Of a stretch of DNA of 64,000 bases, positions 24,927-38,266 are shown one piece after another. Under the pieces are notes generated by a model, which was given only the letters and a program-made list of their open reading frames with translations, ran no database searches and was not told the origin of the DNA. Position numbers and translations under genes: made by a program. Within the stretch, counting starts at the first letter, position 1. Each line of letters begins with the position of its first letter. This DNA comes from Auanema rhodensis (lineage: Eukaryota; Animalia; Nematoda): NCBI GenBank assembly GCA_964057225.1, contig OZ059895.1, forward strand, positions 23,436,001 through 23,500,000, in the 5' to 3' direction.

Positions 24927-27900
24927 TTTTTGCTAAATTATTTTGAAATTTTTCGAAAAAATTTTTGTCAAAATGTTTTTGGAAGCAATGTTGAGTGTAC
25001 ATGGAAACTCAACATACACTAATGCATCATTTTTCAAACGATCATAACTAATTTTTGTATTAAGCGTTTCTCAATGTAGTATAGTGCATTCGATGCGGAT
25101 TTTTAAGCTGCGTCGATCTGTGTTATCAGATTTGCGCTAGCTTAAAAATGCACCGAGATATCAACTGATATAAGTTCACACTTATATCCTCGATTTTCAC
25201 CCTGAAGAATTAATTTTTTCGTTGAATAACAATGTCCATCGTCTTTGCCTTGAAAAAAGAAATCTAAAAACATCTACTTTTTGCTAAATTATCTTGAAAT
25301 TTTTCGAAAAAATTTTTGTCAAAATGTTTTTGGAAGCAATGTTGAGTGTACATGGAAACTCAACATACACTAATGCATCATTTTTCGAACGATCATAACT
25401 AATTTTTGTATTAAGCGTTTCTCAATGTAGTATAGTGCATTCGATGCGGATTTTTAAGCTGCGTCGATCTGTGTTATCAGATTTGCGCTAGCTTAAAAAT
25501 GCACCGAGATATCAACTGATATATGTTCACACTTATATCCTCGATTTTCACCCTGAAGAATTAATTTTTTCGTTGAATAACAATGTTCATCGTCTTTGCC
25601 TTGAAAAAAGGAATCTAAAAACATCTACTTTTTGCTAAATTATTTTGAAATTTTTCGAAAAAATTTTTGTCAAAATGTTTTTGGAAGCAATGTTGAGTGT
25701 ACATGGAAACTCAACATACACTAATGCATCATTTTTCAAACGATCATAACTAATTTTTGTATTAAGCGTTTCTCAATGTAGTATAGTGCATTCGATGCGG
25801 ATTTTTAAGTTGCGTCGATCTGTGTTATCAGATTTGCGCTAGCTTAAAAATGCACCGAGATATCAACTGATATAAGTTCACACTTATATCCTCGATTTTC
25901 ACCCTGAAGAATTAATTTTTTCGTTGAATAACAATGTCCATCGTCTTTGCCTTGAAAAAAGAAATCTAAAAACATCTACTTTTTGCTAAATTATTTTGAA
26001 ATTTTTCGAAAAAATTTTTGTCAAAATGTTTTTGGAAGCAATGTTGAGTGTACATGGAAACTCAACATACACTAATGCATCATTTTTCAAACGATCATAA
26101 CTAATTTTTGTATTAAGCGTTTCTCAATGTAGTATAGTGCATTCGATGCGGATTTTTAAGCTGCAATGATCTGTGTTATCAGATTTGCGCTAGCTTAAAA
26201 ATGCACCGAGATATCAACTGATATATGTTCACACTTATCTCCTCGATTTTCACCCTGAAGAATTACTTTTTTCGTTGAATAACAATGTCCATCGTCTTTG
26301 CCTTGAAAAAAAGAATCTAAAAACATCTACTTTTTGCTAAATTATTTTGAAATTTTTCGAAAAAATTTTTGTCAAAATGTTTTTGGAAGCAATGTTGAGT
26401 GTACATGGAAACTCAACATACACTAATGCATCATTTTTCAAACGATCATAACTAATTTTTGTATTAAGCGTTTCTCAATGTAGTATAGTGCATTCGATGC
26501 GGATTTTTAAGCTGCGTCGATCTGTGTTATCAGATTTGCGCTAGCTTAAAAATGCACCGAGATATCAACTGATATATGTTCACACTTATATCCTCGATTT
26601 TCACCCTGAAGAATCAATTTTTTCGTTGAATAACAATGTCCATCGTCTTTGCCTTGAAAAAAGGAATCTAAAAACATCTACTTTTTGCTAAATTATTTTG
26701 AAATTTTTCGAAAAAATTTTTGTCAAAATGTTTTTGGAAGCAATGTTGAGTGTACATGGAAACTCAACATACACTAATGCATCATTTTTCAAACGATCAT
26801 AACTAATTTTTGTATTGAGCGTTTCTCAATGTAGTATAAGGCATTCGATGCGGATTTTTAAGCTGCGTCGATCTGTGTTATCAGATTTGCGCTAGCTTAA
26901 AAATGCACCGAGATATCAACTGATATAAGTTCACACTTAGATCCTCGATTTTCACCCTGAAGAATTAATTTTTTCGTTGAATAACAATGTCCATCGTCTT
27001 TGCCTTGAAAAAAAAAAATCTAAAAACATCTACTTTTTGCTAAATTATTTTGAAATTTTTCGAAAAAATTTTTGTCAAAATGTTTTTGGAAGCAATGTTG
27101 AGTGTACATGGAAACTCAACATACACTAATGCATCATTTTTCAAACGATCATAACTAATTTTTGTATTAAGCGTTTCTCAATGTAGTATAGTGCATTCGA
27201 TGCGGATTTTTAAGCTGCGTCGATCTGTTTTATCAGATTTGCGCTAGCTTAAAAATGCACCGAGATATCAACTGATATAAGTTCACACTTATATCCTCGA
27301 TTTTCACCCTGAAGAATTAATTTTTTCGTTGAATAACAATGTCCATCGTCTTTGCCTTGAAAAAAGGAATCTAAAAACATCTACTTTTTGCTAAATTATT
27401 TTGAAATTTTTCGAAAAAATTTTTGTCAAAATGTTTTTGGAAGCAATGTTGAGTGTACATGGAAACTCAACATACACTAATGCATCATTTTTCAAACGAT
27501 CATAACTAATTTTTGTATTAAGCGTTTCTCCATGTAGTATAGTGCATTCGATGCGGATTTTTAAGCTGCGTCGATCTGTGTTATCAGATTTGCGCTAGCT
27601 TAAAAATGCACCGAGATATCAACTGATATATGTTCACACTTATATCCTCGATTTTCACCCTGAAGAATTAATTTTTTCGTTGAATAACAATGTCCATCGT
27701 CTTTGCCTTGAAAAAAAAAAATCTAAAAACATCTACTTTTTGCTAAATTATTTTGAAATTTTTCGAAAAAATTTTTGTCAAAATGTTTTTGGAAGCAATG
27801 TTGAGTGTACATGGAAACTCAACATACACTAATGCATCATTTTTCAAACGATCATAACTAATTTTTGTATTAAGCGTTTCTCAATGTAGTATAGTGCATT

Positions 27901-30900
27901 CGATGCGGATTTTTAAGCTGCGTCGATCTGTGTTATCAGATTTGCGCTAGCTTAAAAATGCACCGAGATATCAACTGATATATGTTCACACTTAGATCCT
28001 CGATTTTCACCCTGAAGAATTAATTTTTTTGTTGAATAACAATGTCCATCGTCTTTGCCTTGAAAAAACAAATCTAAAAACATCTACTTTTTGCTAAATT
28101 ATTTTGAAATTTTTCGAAAAAATTTTTGTCAATTTTTTTTTGGAAGCAATGTTGAGTGTACATGGAAACTCAACATACACTAATGCATCATTTTTCAAAC
28201 GATCATAACTAATTTTTGTATTAAGAGTTTCTCCATGTAGTATAGTGCATTCGATGCGGATTTTTAAGCTGCGTCGATCTGTGTTATCAGATTTGCGCTA
28301 GCTTAAAAATGCAACGAGATATCAACTGATATAAGTTCACACTTAGATCCTCGATTTTCACCCTGAAGCATTAATTTTTTTGTTGAATAACAATGTCCAT
28401 CGTCTTTGCCTTGAAAAAACAAATCTAAAAACATCTACTTTTTGCTAAATTATTTTGAAATTTTTCGAAAAAATTTTTGTCAAAATGTTTTTGGAAGCAA
28501 TGTTGAGTGTACATGGAAACTCAACATACACTAATGCATCATTTTTCAAACGATCATAACTAATTTTTATATTAAGCGTTTCTCAATGTAGTATAGTGCA
28601 TTCGATGCGGATTTTTAAGCTGCGTCGATCTGTGTTATCAGATTTGCGCTAGCTTAAAAATGCACCGAGATATCAACTGATATAAGTTCACACTTAGATC
28701 CTCGATTTTCACCCTAAAGAATTAATTTTTTTGTTGAATAACAATGTCCATCGTCTTTGCCTTGAAAAAACAAATCTAAAAACATCTACTTTTTGCTAAA
28801 TTATTTTGAAATTTTTTGAAAAAATTTTTGTCAAAATGTTTTTGGAAGCAATGTTGAGTGTACATGGAAACTCAACATACACTAATGCATCATTTTTCAA
28901 ACGATCATAACTAATTTTTGTATTAAGCGTTTCTCAATGTAGTATAGTGCATTCGATGCGGATTTTTAAGCTGCGTCGATCTGTTTTATCAGATTTGCGC
29001 TAGCTTAAAAATGCACCGAGATATCAACTGATATAAGTTCCCACTTATATCCTCGATTTTCACCCTGAAGAATTAATTTTTTCGTTGAATAACAATGTCC
29101 ATCGTCTTTGCCTTGAAAAAAGGAATCTAAAAACATCTACTTTTTGCTAAATTATTTTGAAATTTTTCGAAAAAATTTTTGTCAAAATGTTTTTGGAAGC
29201 AATGTTGAGTGTACATGGAAACTCAACATACACTAATGCATCATTTTTCAAACGATCATAACTAATTTTTGTATTAAGCGTTTCTCAATGTAGCATAGTG
29301 CATTCGATGCGGATTTTTAAGCTGCATCGATCTGTGTTATCAGATTTGCGCTAGCTTAAAAATGCACCTAGATATCAACTGATATAAGTTCACACTTATA
29401 TCCTCGATTTTCACCCTGAAGAATTAATTTTTTCGTTGAATAACAATGTCCATCGTCTTTGCCTTGAAAAAAGAAATCTAAAAACATCTACTTTTTGCTA
29501 AATTATTTTGAAATTTTTCGAAAAAATTTTTGTCAAAATGTTTTTGGAAGCAATGTTGAGTGTACATGGAAACTCAACATACACTAATGCATCATTTTTC
29601 AAACGATCATAACTAATTTTTATATTAAGCGTTTCTCAATGTAGTATAGTGCATTCGATGCGGATTTTTAAGCTGCGTCGATCTGTGTTATCAGATTTGC
29701 GCTAGCTTAAAAATGCACCGAGATATCAACTGATATAAGTTCACACTTAGATCCTCGATTTTCACCCTGAAGAATTAATTTTTTTGTTGAATAACAATGT
29801 CCATCGTCTTTGCCTTGAAAAAACAAATCTAAAAACAACTACTTTTCGCTAAATTATTTTGAAATTTTTCGAAAAAATTTTTGTCAAAATGTTTTTGGAA
29901 GCAATGTTGAGTGTACATGGAAACTCAACATACACTAATGCATCATTTTTCAAACGATCATAACTAATTTTTGTATTAAGCGTTTCTCAATGTAGTATAG
30001 TGCATTCGATGCGGATTTTTAAGCTGCGTCGTTCTGTGTTATCAGATTTGCGCTAGCTTAAAAATGCACCGAGATATCAACTGATATAAGTTCACACTTA
30101 TATCCTCGATTTTCACCCTGAAGAATTAATTTTTTCGTTGAATAACAATGTCCATCGTCTTTGCCTTGAAAAAAGAAATCTAAAAACATCTACTTTTTGC
30201 TAAATTATTTTGAAATTTTTCGAAAAAATTTTTGTCAAAATGTTTTTAGAAGCAATGTTGAGTGTACATAGAAACTCAACATACACTAATGCATCATTTT
30301 TCAAACGATCATAACTAATTTTTGTATTAAGCGTTTCTCAATGTAGTATAGTGCATTCGATGCGGATTTTTAAGCTGCAATGATCTGTGTTATCAGATTT
30401 GCGCTAGCTTAAAAATGCACCGAGATATCAACTGATATAAGTTCACACTTATATCCTCGATTTTCACCCTGAAGAATTAATTTTTTCGTTGAATAACAAT
30501 GTCCATCGTCTTTGCCTTGAAAAAACAAATCTAAAAACAACTACTTTTCGCTAAATTATTTTGAAATTTTTCGAAAAAATTTTTGTCAAAATGTTTTTGG
30601 AAGCAATGTTGAGTGTACATGGAAACTCAACATACACTAATGCATCATTTTTCAAACGATCATAACTAATTTTTGTATTAAGCGTTTCTCAATGTAGTAT
30701 AGTGCATTCGATGCGGATTTTTAAGCTGCGTCGTTCTGTGTTATCAGATTTGCGCTAGCTTAAAAATGCACCGAGATATCAACTGATATAAGTTCACACT
30801 TATATCCTCGATTTTCACCCTGAAGAATTAATTTTTTCGTTGAATAACAATGTCCATCGTCTTTGCCTTGAAAAAAGAAATCTAAAAACATCTACTTTTT

Positions 30901-33900
30901 GCTAAATTATTTTGAAATTTTTCGAAAAAATTTTTGTCAAAATGTTTTTAGAAGCAATGTTGAGTGTACATAGAAACTCAACATACACTAATGCATCATT
31001 TTTCAAACGATCATAACTAATTTTTGTATTAAGCGTTTCTCAATGTAGTATAGTGCATTCGATGCGGATTTTTAAGCTGCAATGATCTGTGTTATCAGAT
31101 TTGCGCTAGCTTAAAAATGCACCGAGATATCAACTGATATAAGTTCACACTTATATCCTCGATTTTCACCCTGAAGAATTAATTTTTTCGTTGAATAACA
31201 ATGTCCATCGTCTCTGCCTTGAAAAAAGAAATCTAAAAACATCTACTTTTTGCTAAATTATTTTGAAATTTTTCGAAAAAATTTTTGTCAAAATGTTTTT
31301 GGAAGCAATGTTGAGTGTACATGGAAACTCAACATACACTAATGCATCATTTTTCAAACAATCATAACTAATTTTTGTATTAAGCGTTTCTCAATGTAGT
31401 ATAGTGCATTCGATGCAAATTTTTAAGCTGCGTCGATCTGTGTTATCAGATTTGCGCTAGCTTAAAAATGCACCGAGATATCAACTGATATATGTTCACA
31501 CTTATATCCTCGATTTTCACCCTGAAGAATTAATTTTTTCGTTGAATAACAATGTCCATCGTCTTTGCCTTGAAAAAAGGAATCTAAAAACATCTACTTT
31601 TTGCTAAATTATTTTGAAATTTTTCGAAAAAATTTTTGTCAAAATGTTTTTGGAAGCAATGTTGAGTGTACATGGAAACTCAACATACACTAATGCATCA
31701 TTTTTCAAACGATCATAACTAATTTTTGTATTAAGCAATTCTCAATGTAGTATAGTGCATTCGATGCGGATTTTTAAGCTGCGTCGATCTGTGTTATCAG
31801 ATTTGCGCTAGCTTAAAAATGCACCGAGATATCAACTGATATATGTTCACACTTATATCCTCGATTTTCACCCTGAAGAATTAATTTTTTCGTTGAATAA
31901 CAATGTTCATCGTCTTTGCCTTGAAAAAAGGAATCTAAAAACATCTACTTTTTGCTAAATTATTTTGAAATTTTTCGAAAAAATTTTTGTCAAAATGTTT
32001 TTGGAAGCAATGTTGAGTGTACATGGAAACTCAACATACACTAATGCATCATTTTTCAAACGATCATAACTAATTTTTGTATTAAGCGTTTCTCAATGTA
32101 GTATAGTGCATTCGATGCGGATTTTTAAGCTGCGTCGATCTGTGTTATCAGATTTGCGCTAGCTTAAAAATGCACCGAGATATCAACTGATATAAGTTCA
32201 CACTTATATCCTCGATTTTCACCCTGAAGAATTAATTTTTTCGTTGAATAACAATGTCCATCGTCTTTGCCTTGAAAAAAGAAATCTAAAAACATCTACT
32301 TTTTGCTAAATTATTTTGAAATTTTTCGAAAAAATTTTTGTCAAAATGTTTTTGGAAGCAATGTTGAGTGTACATGGAAACTCAACATACACTAATGCAT
32401 CATTTTTCAAACGATCATAACTAATTTTTGTATTAAGCGTTTCTCAATGTAGTATAGTGCATTCGATGCGGATTTTTAAGCTGCGTCGATCTGTGTTATC
32501 AGATTTGCGCTAGCTTAAAAATGCACCGAGATATCAACTGATATATGTTCACACTTAGATCCTCGATTTTCACCCTGAAGAATTAATTTTTTTGTTGAAT
32601 AACAATGTCCATCGTCTTTGCCTTGAAAAAAGGAATCTAAAAACATCTACTTTTTGCTAAATTATTTTGAAATTTTTCGAAAAAATTTTTGTCAAAATGT
32701 TTTTGGAAGCAATGTTGAGTGTACATGGAAACTCAACATACACTAATGCATCATTTTTCAAACGATCATAACTAATTTTTGTATTAAGCGTTTCTCAATG
32801 TAGTATAGTGCATTCGATGCGGATTTTTAAGTTGCGTCGATCTGTGTTATCAGATTTGCGCTAGCTTAAAAATGCACCGAGATATCAACTCATATAAGTT
32901 CACAATTATATCCTCGATTTTCACCCTGAAGAATTAATTTTTTCGTTGAATAACAATGTCCATCGTCTTTGCCTTGAAAAAAGAAATCTAAAAACATCTA
33001 CTTTTTGCTAAATTATTTTGAAATTTTTCGAAAAAATTTTTGTCAAAATGTTTTTGGAAGCAATGTTGAGTGTACATGGAAACTCAACATACACTAATGC
33101 ATCATTTTTCAAACGATCATAACTAATTTTTGTATTAAGCGTTTCTCAATGTAGTATAATGCATTCGATGCGGATTTTTAAGCTGCAATGATCTGTGTTA
33201 TCAGATTTGCGCTAGCTTAAAAATGCACCGAGATATCAACTGATATATGTTCACACTTATCTCCTCAATTTTCACCCTGAAGAATTAATTTTTTCGTTGA
33301 ATAACAATGTCCATCGTCTTTGCCTTGAAAAAAGGAATCTAAAAACATCTACTTTTTGCTAAATTATTTTGAAATTTTTCGAAAAAATTTTTGTCAAAAT
33401 GTTTTTGGAAGCAATGTTGAGTGTACATGGAAACTCAACATACACTAATGCATCATTTTTCAAACGATCATAACTAATTTTTGTATTAAGCGTTTCTCAA
33501 TATAGTATAGTGCATTCGATGCGGATTTTTAAGCTGCGTCGTTCTGTGTTATCAGATTTGCGCTAGCTTAAAAATGCACCGAGATATCAACTGATATAAG
33601 TTCACACTTATATCCTCGATTTTCACCCTGAAGAATTAATTTTTTCGTTGAATAACAATGTCCATCGTCTTTGCCTTGAAAAAAGGAATCTAAAAACATC
33701 TACTTTTTGCTAAATTATTTTGAAATTTTTCGAAAAAATTTTTGTCAAAATGTTTTTGGAAGCAATGTTGAGTGTACATGGAAACTCAACATACACTAAT
33801 GCATCATTTTTCAAACGATCATAACTAATTTTTGTATTAAGCGTTTCTCAATGTAGTATAGTGCATTCGATGCGGATTTTTAAGCTGCGTCGATCTGTGA

Positions 33901-35809
33901 TATCAGATTTGCGCTAGCTTAAAAATGCACCGAGATATCAACTGATATAAGTTCACACTTATATCCTCGATTTTCACCCTGAAGAATTAATTTTTTCGTT
34001 GAATAACAATGTCCATCGTCTTTGCCTTGAAAAAAGAAATCTAAAAACATCTACTTTTTGCTAAATTATTTTGAAATTTTTCGAAAAAATTTTTGTCAAA
34101 ATGTTTTTGGAAGCAATGTTGAGTGTACATGGAAACTCAACATACACTAATGCATCATTTTTCAAACGATCATAACTAATTTTTGTATTTAGCGTTTCTC
34201 AATGTAGTATAGTGCATTCGATGCGGATTTTTAAGCTGCAATGATCTGTGTTATCAGATTTGCGCTAGCTTAAAAATGCACCGAGATATCAACTGATATT
34301 TGTTCACACTTATCTCCTCGATTTTCACCCTGAAGAATTAATTTTTTCGTTGAATAACAATGTCCATCGTCTTTGCCTTGAAAAAAAGAATCTAAAAACA
34401 TCTACTTTTTGCTAAATTATTTTGAAATTGTTCGAAAAAATTTTTGTCAAAATGTTTTTGGAAGCAATGTTGAGTGTACATGGAAACTCAACATACACTA
34501 ATGCATCATTTTTCAAACGATCATAACTAATTTTTATATTAAGCGTTTCTCAATGTAGTATAGTGCATTCGATGCGGATTTTTAAGCTGCGTCGATCTGT
34601 GTTATCAGATTTGCGCTAGCTTAAAAATGCACCGAGATATCAACTGATATATGTTCACACTTATATCCTCGATTTTCACCCTGAAGAATCAATTTTTTCG
34701 TTGAATAACAATGTCCATCGTCTTTGCCTTGAAAAAAGAAATCTAAAAACATCTACTTTTTGCTAAATTATTTTGAAATTTTTCGAAAAAATTTTTGTCA
34801 AAATGTTTTTGGAAGCAATGTTGAGTGTACATGGAAACTCAACATACACTAATGCATCATTTTTCAAACGATCATAACTAATTTTTGTATTGAGCGTTTC
34901 TCAATGTAGTATAAGGCATTCGATGCGGATTTTTAAGCTGCGTCGATCTGTGTTATCAGATTTGCGCTAGCTTAAAAATGCACCGAGATATCAACTGATA
35001 TAAGTTCACACTTAGATCCTCGATTTTCACCCTGAAGAATTAATTTTTTCGTTGAATAACAATGTCCATCGTCTTTGCCTTGAAAAAACAAATCTAAAAA
35101 CATCTACTTCTTGCTAAATTATTTTGAAATTTTTCGAAAAAATTTTTGTCAAAATGTTTTTGGAAGCAATGTTGAGTGTACATGGAAACTCAACATACAC
35201 TAATGCATCATTTTTCAAACGATCATAACTAATTTTTGTATTAAGCGTTTCTCAATGTAGTATAGTGCATTCGATGCGGATTTTTAAGCTGCGTCGATCT
35301 GTTTTATCAGATTTGCGCTAGCTTAAAAATGCACCGAGATATCAACTGATATAAGTTCACACTTATATCCTCGATTTTCACCCTGAAGAATTAATTTTTT
35401 CGTTGAATAACAATGTCCATCGTCTTTGCCTTGAAAAAAGGAATCTAAAAACATCTACTTTTTGCTAAATTATTTTGAAATTTTTCGAAAAAATTTTTGT
35501 CAAAATGTTTTTGGAAGCAATGTTGAGTGTACATGGAAACTCAACATACACTAATGCATCATTTTTCAAACGATCATAACTAATTTTTGTATTAAGCGTT
35601 TCTCTATGTAGTATAGTGCATTCGATGCGGATTTTTAAGCTGCGTCGATCTGTGTTATCAGATTTGCGCTAGCTTAAAAATGCACCGAGATATCAACTGA
35701 TATAAGTTCACACTTAGATCCTCGATTTTCACCCTGAAGAATTAATTTTTTTGTTGAATAACAATGTCCATCGTCTTTGCCTTGAAAAAACAAATCTAAA
35801 AACATCTAC

Positions 35810-37915
35810 TTTTTGCTAAATTATTTTGAAATTTTTCGAAAAAATTTTTGTCAAAATGTTTTTGGAAGCAATGTTGAGTGTACATGGAAACTCAACATAC
35901 ACTAATGCATCATTTTTCAAACGATCATAACTAATTTTTGTATTAAGCGTTTCTCAATGTTGTATAGTGCATTCGATGCGGATTTTTAAGCTGCGTCGAT
36001 CTGTTTTATCAGATTTGTGCTAGCTTAAAAATGCACCGAGATATCAACTGATATAAGTTCACACTTAGATCCTCGATTTTCACCCTGAAGCATTAATTTT
36101 TTTGTTGAATAACAATGTCCATCGTCTTTGCCTTGAAAAAACAAATCTAAAAACATCTACTTTTTGCTAAATTATTTTGAAATTTTTCGAAAAAATTTTT
36201 GTCAAAATGTTTTTGGAAGCAATGTTGAGTGTACATGGAAACTCAACATACACTAATGCATCATTTTTCAAACGATCATAACTAATTTTTATATTAAGCG
36301 TTTCTCAATGTAGTATAGTGCATTCGATGCGGATTTTTAAGCTGCGTCGATCTGTGTTATCAGATTTGCGCTAGCTTAAAAATGCACCGAGATATCAACT
36401 GATATAAGTTCCCACTTATATCCTCGATTTTCACCCTGAAGAATTAATTTTTTCGTTGAATAACAATGTCCATCGTCTTTGCCTTGAAAAAAGGAATCTA
36501 AAAACATCTACTTTTTGCTAAATTATTTTGAAATTTTTCGAAAAAATTTTTGTCAAAATGTTTTTAGAAGCAATGTTGAGTGTACATAGAAACTCAACAT
36601 ACACTAATGCATCATTTTTCAAACGATCATAACTAATTTTTGTATTAAGCGTTTCTCAATGTAGTATAGTGCATTCGATGCGGATTTTTAAGCTGCAATG
36701 ATCTGTGTTATCAGATTTGCGCTAGCTTAAAAATGCACCGAGATATCAACTGATATAAGTTCACACTTATATCCTCGATTTTCACCCTGAAGAATTAATT
36801 TTTTCGTTGAATAACAATGTTCATCGTCTTTGCCTTGAAAAAAGGAATCTAAAAACATCTACTTTTTGCTAAATTATTTTGAAATTTTTCGAAAAAATTT
36901 TTGTCAAAATGTTTTTGGAAGCAATGTTGAGTGTACATGGAAACTCAACATACACTAATGCATCATTTTTCAAACGATCATAACTAATTTTTGTATTAAG
37001 CGTTTCTCAATGTAGTATAAGGCATTCGATGCGGATTTTTAAGCTGCGTCGATCTGTTTTATCAGATTTGTGCTAGCTTAAAAATGCACCGAGATATCAA
37101 CTGATATAAGTTCACACTTAGATCCTCGATTTTCACCCTGAAGCATTAATTTTTTTGTTGAATAACAATGTCCATCGTCTTTGCCTTGAAAAAACAAATC
37201 TAAAAACATCTACTTTTTGCTAAATTATTTTGAAATTTTTCGAAAAAATTTTTGTCAAAATGTTTTTGGAAGCAATGTTGAGTGTACATGGAAACTCAAC
37301 ATACACTAATGCATCATTTTTCAAACGATCATAACGAATTTTTATATTAAGCGTTTCTCAATGTAGTATAGTGCATTCGATGCGGATTTTTAAGCTGCGT
37401 CGATCTGTGTTATCAGATTTGCGCTAGCTTAAAAATGCACCGAGATATCAACTGATATAAGTTCCCACTTATATCCTCGATTTTCACCCTGAAGAATTAA
37501 TTTTTTCGTTGAATAACAATGTCCATCGTCTTTGCCTTGAAAAAAGGAATCTAAAAACATCTACTTTTTGCTAAATTATTTTGAAATTTTTCGAAAAAAT
37601 TTTTGTCAAAATGTTTTTAGAAGCAATGTTGAGTGTACATAGAAACTCAACATACACTAATGCATCATTTTTCAAACGATCATAACTAATTTTTGTATTA
37701 AGCGTTTCTCAATGTAGTATAGTGCATTCGATGCGGATTTTTAAGCTGCAATGATCTGTGTTATCAGATTTGCGCTAGCTTAAAAATGCACCGAGATATC
37801 AACTGATATAAGTTCACACTTATATCCTCGATTTTCACCCTGAAGAATTAATTTTTTCGTTGAATAACAATGTCCATCGTCTTTGCCTTGAAAAAAGGAA
37901 TCTAAAAACATCTAC
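35810..37915. repeat. Tandem 3-monomer duplication (M103-105 / M106-108, 1053 bp)
   Basis: [TGTTTT, TTGTGC, CTTAGA, AAGCATT][TTTATATT, GTTCCCA][TTAGAAG, CATAG, GCAATG] occurs twice. Confidence 0.88.
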
Positions 37916-38266
37916 TTTTTGCTAAATTATTTTGAAATTTTTCGAAAAAATTTTTGTCAAAATGTTTTTGGAAGCAATGTTGAGTGTACATGGAAACTCA
38001 ACATACACTAATGCATCATTTTTCGAACGATCATAACTAATTTTTGTATTAAGCGTTTCTCAATGTAGTATAGTGCATTCGATGCGGATTTTTAAGCTGC
38101 GTCGATCTGTGTTATCAGATTTGCGCTAGCTTAAAAATGCACCGAGATATCAACTGATATAAGTTCACACTTAGATCCTCGATTTTCACCCTGAAGAATT
38201 AATTTTTTCGTTGAATAACAATGTCCATCGTCTTTGCCTTGAAAAAACAAATCTAAAAACATCTAC

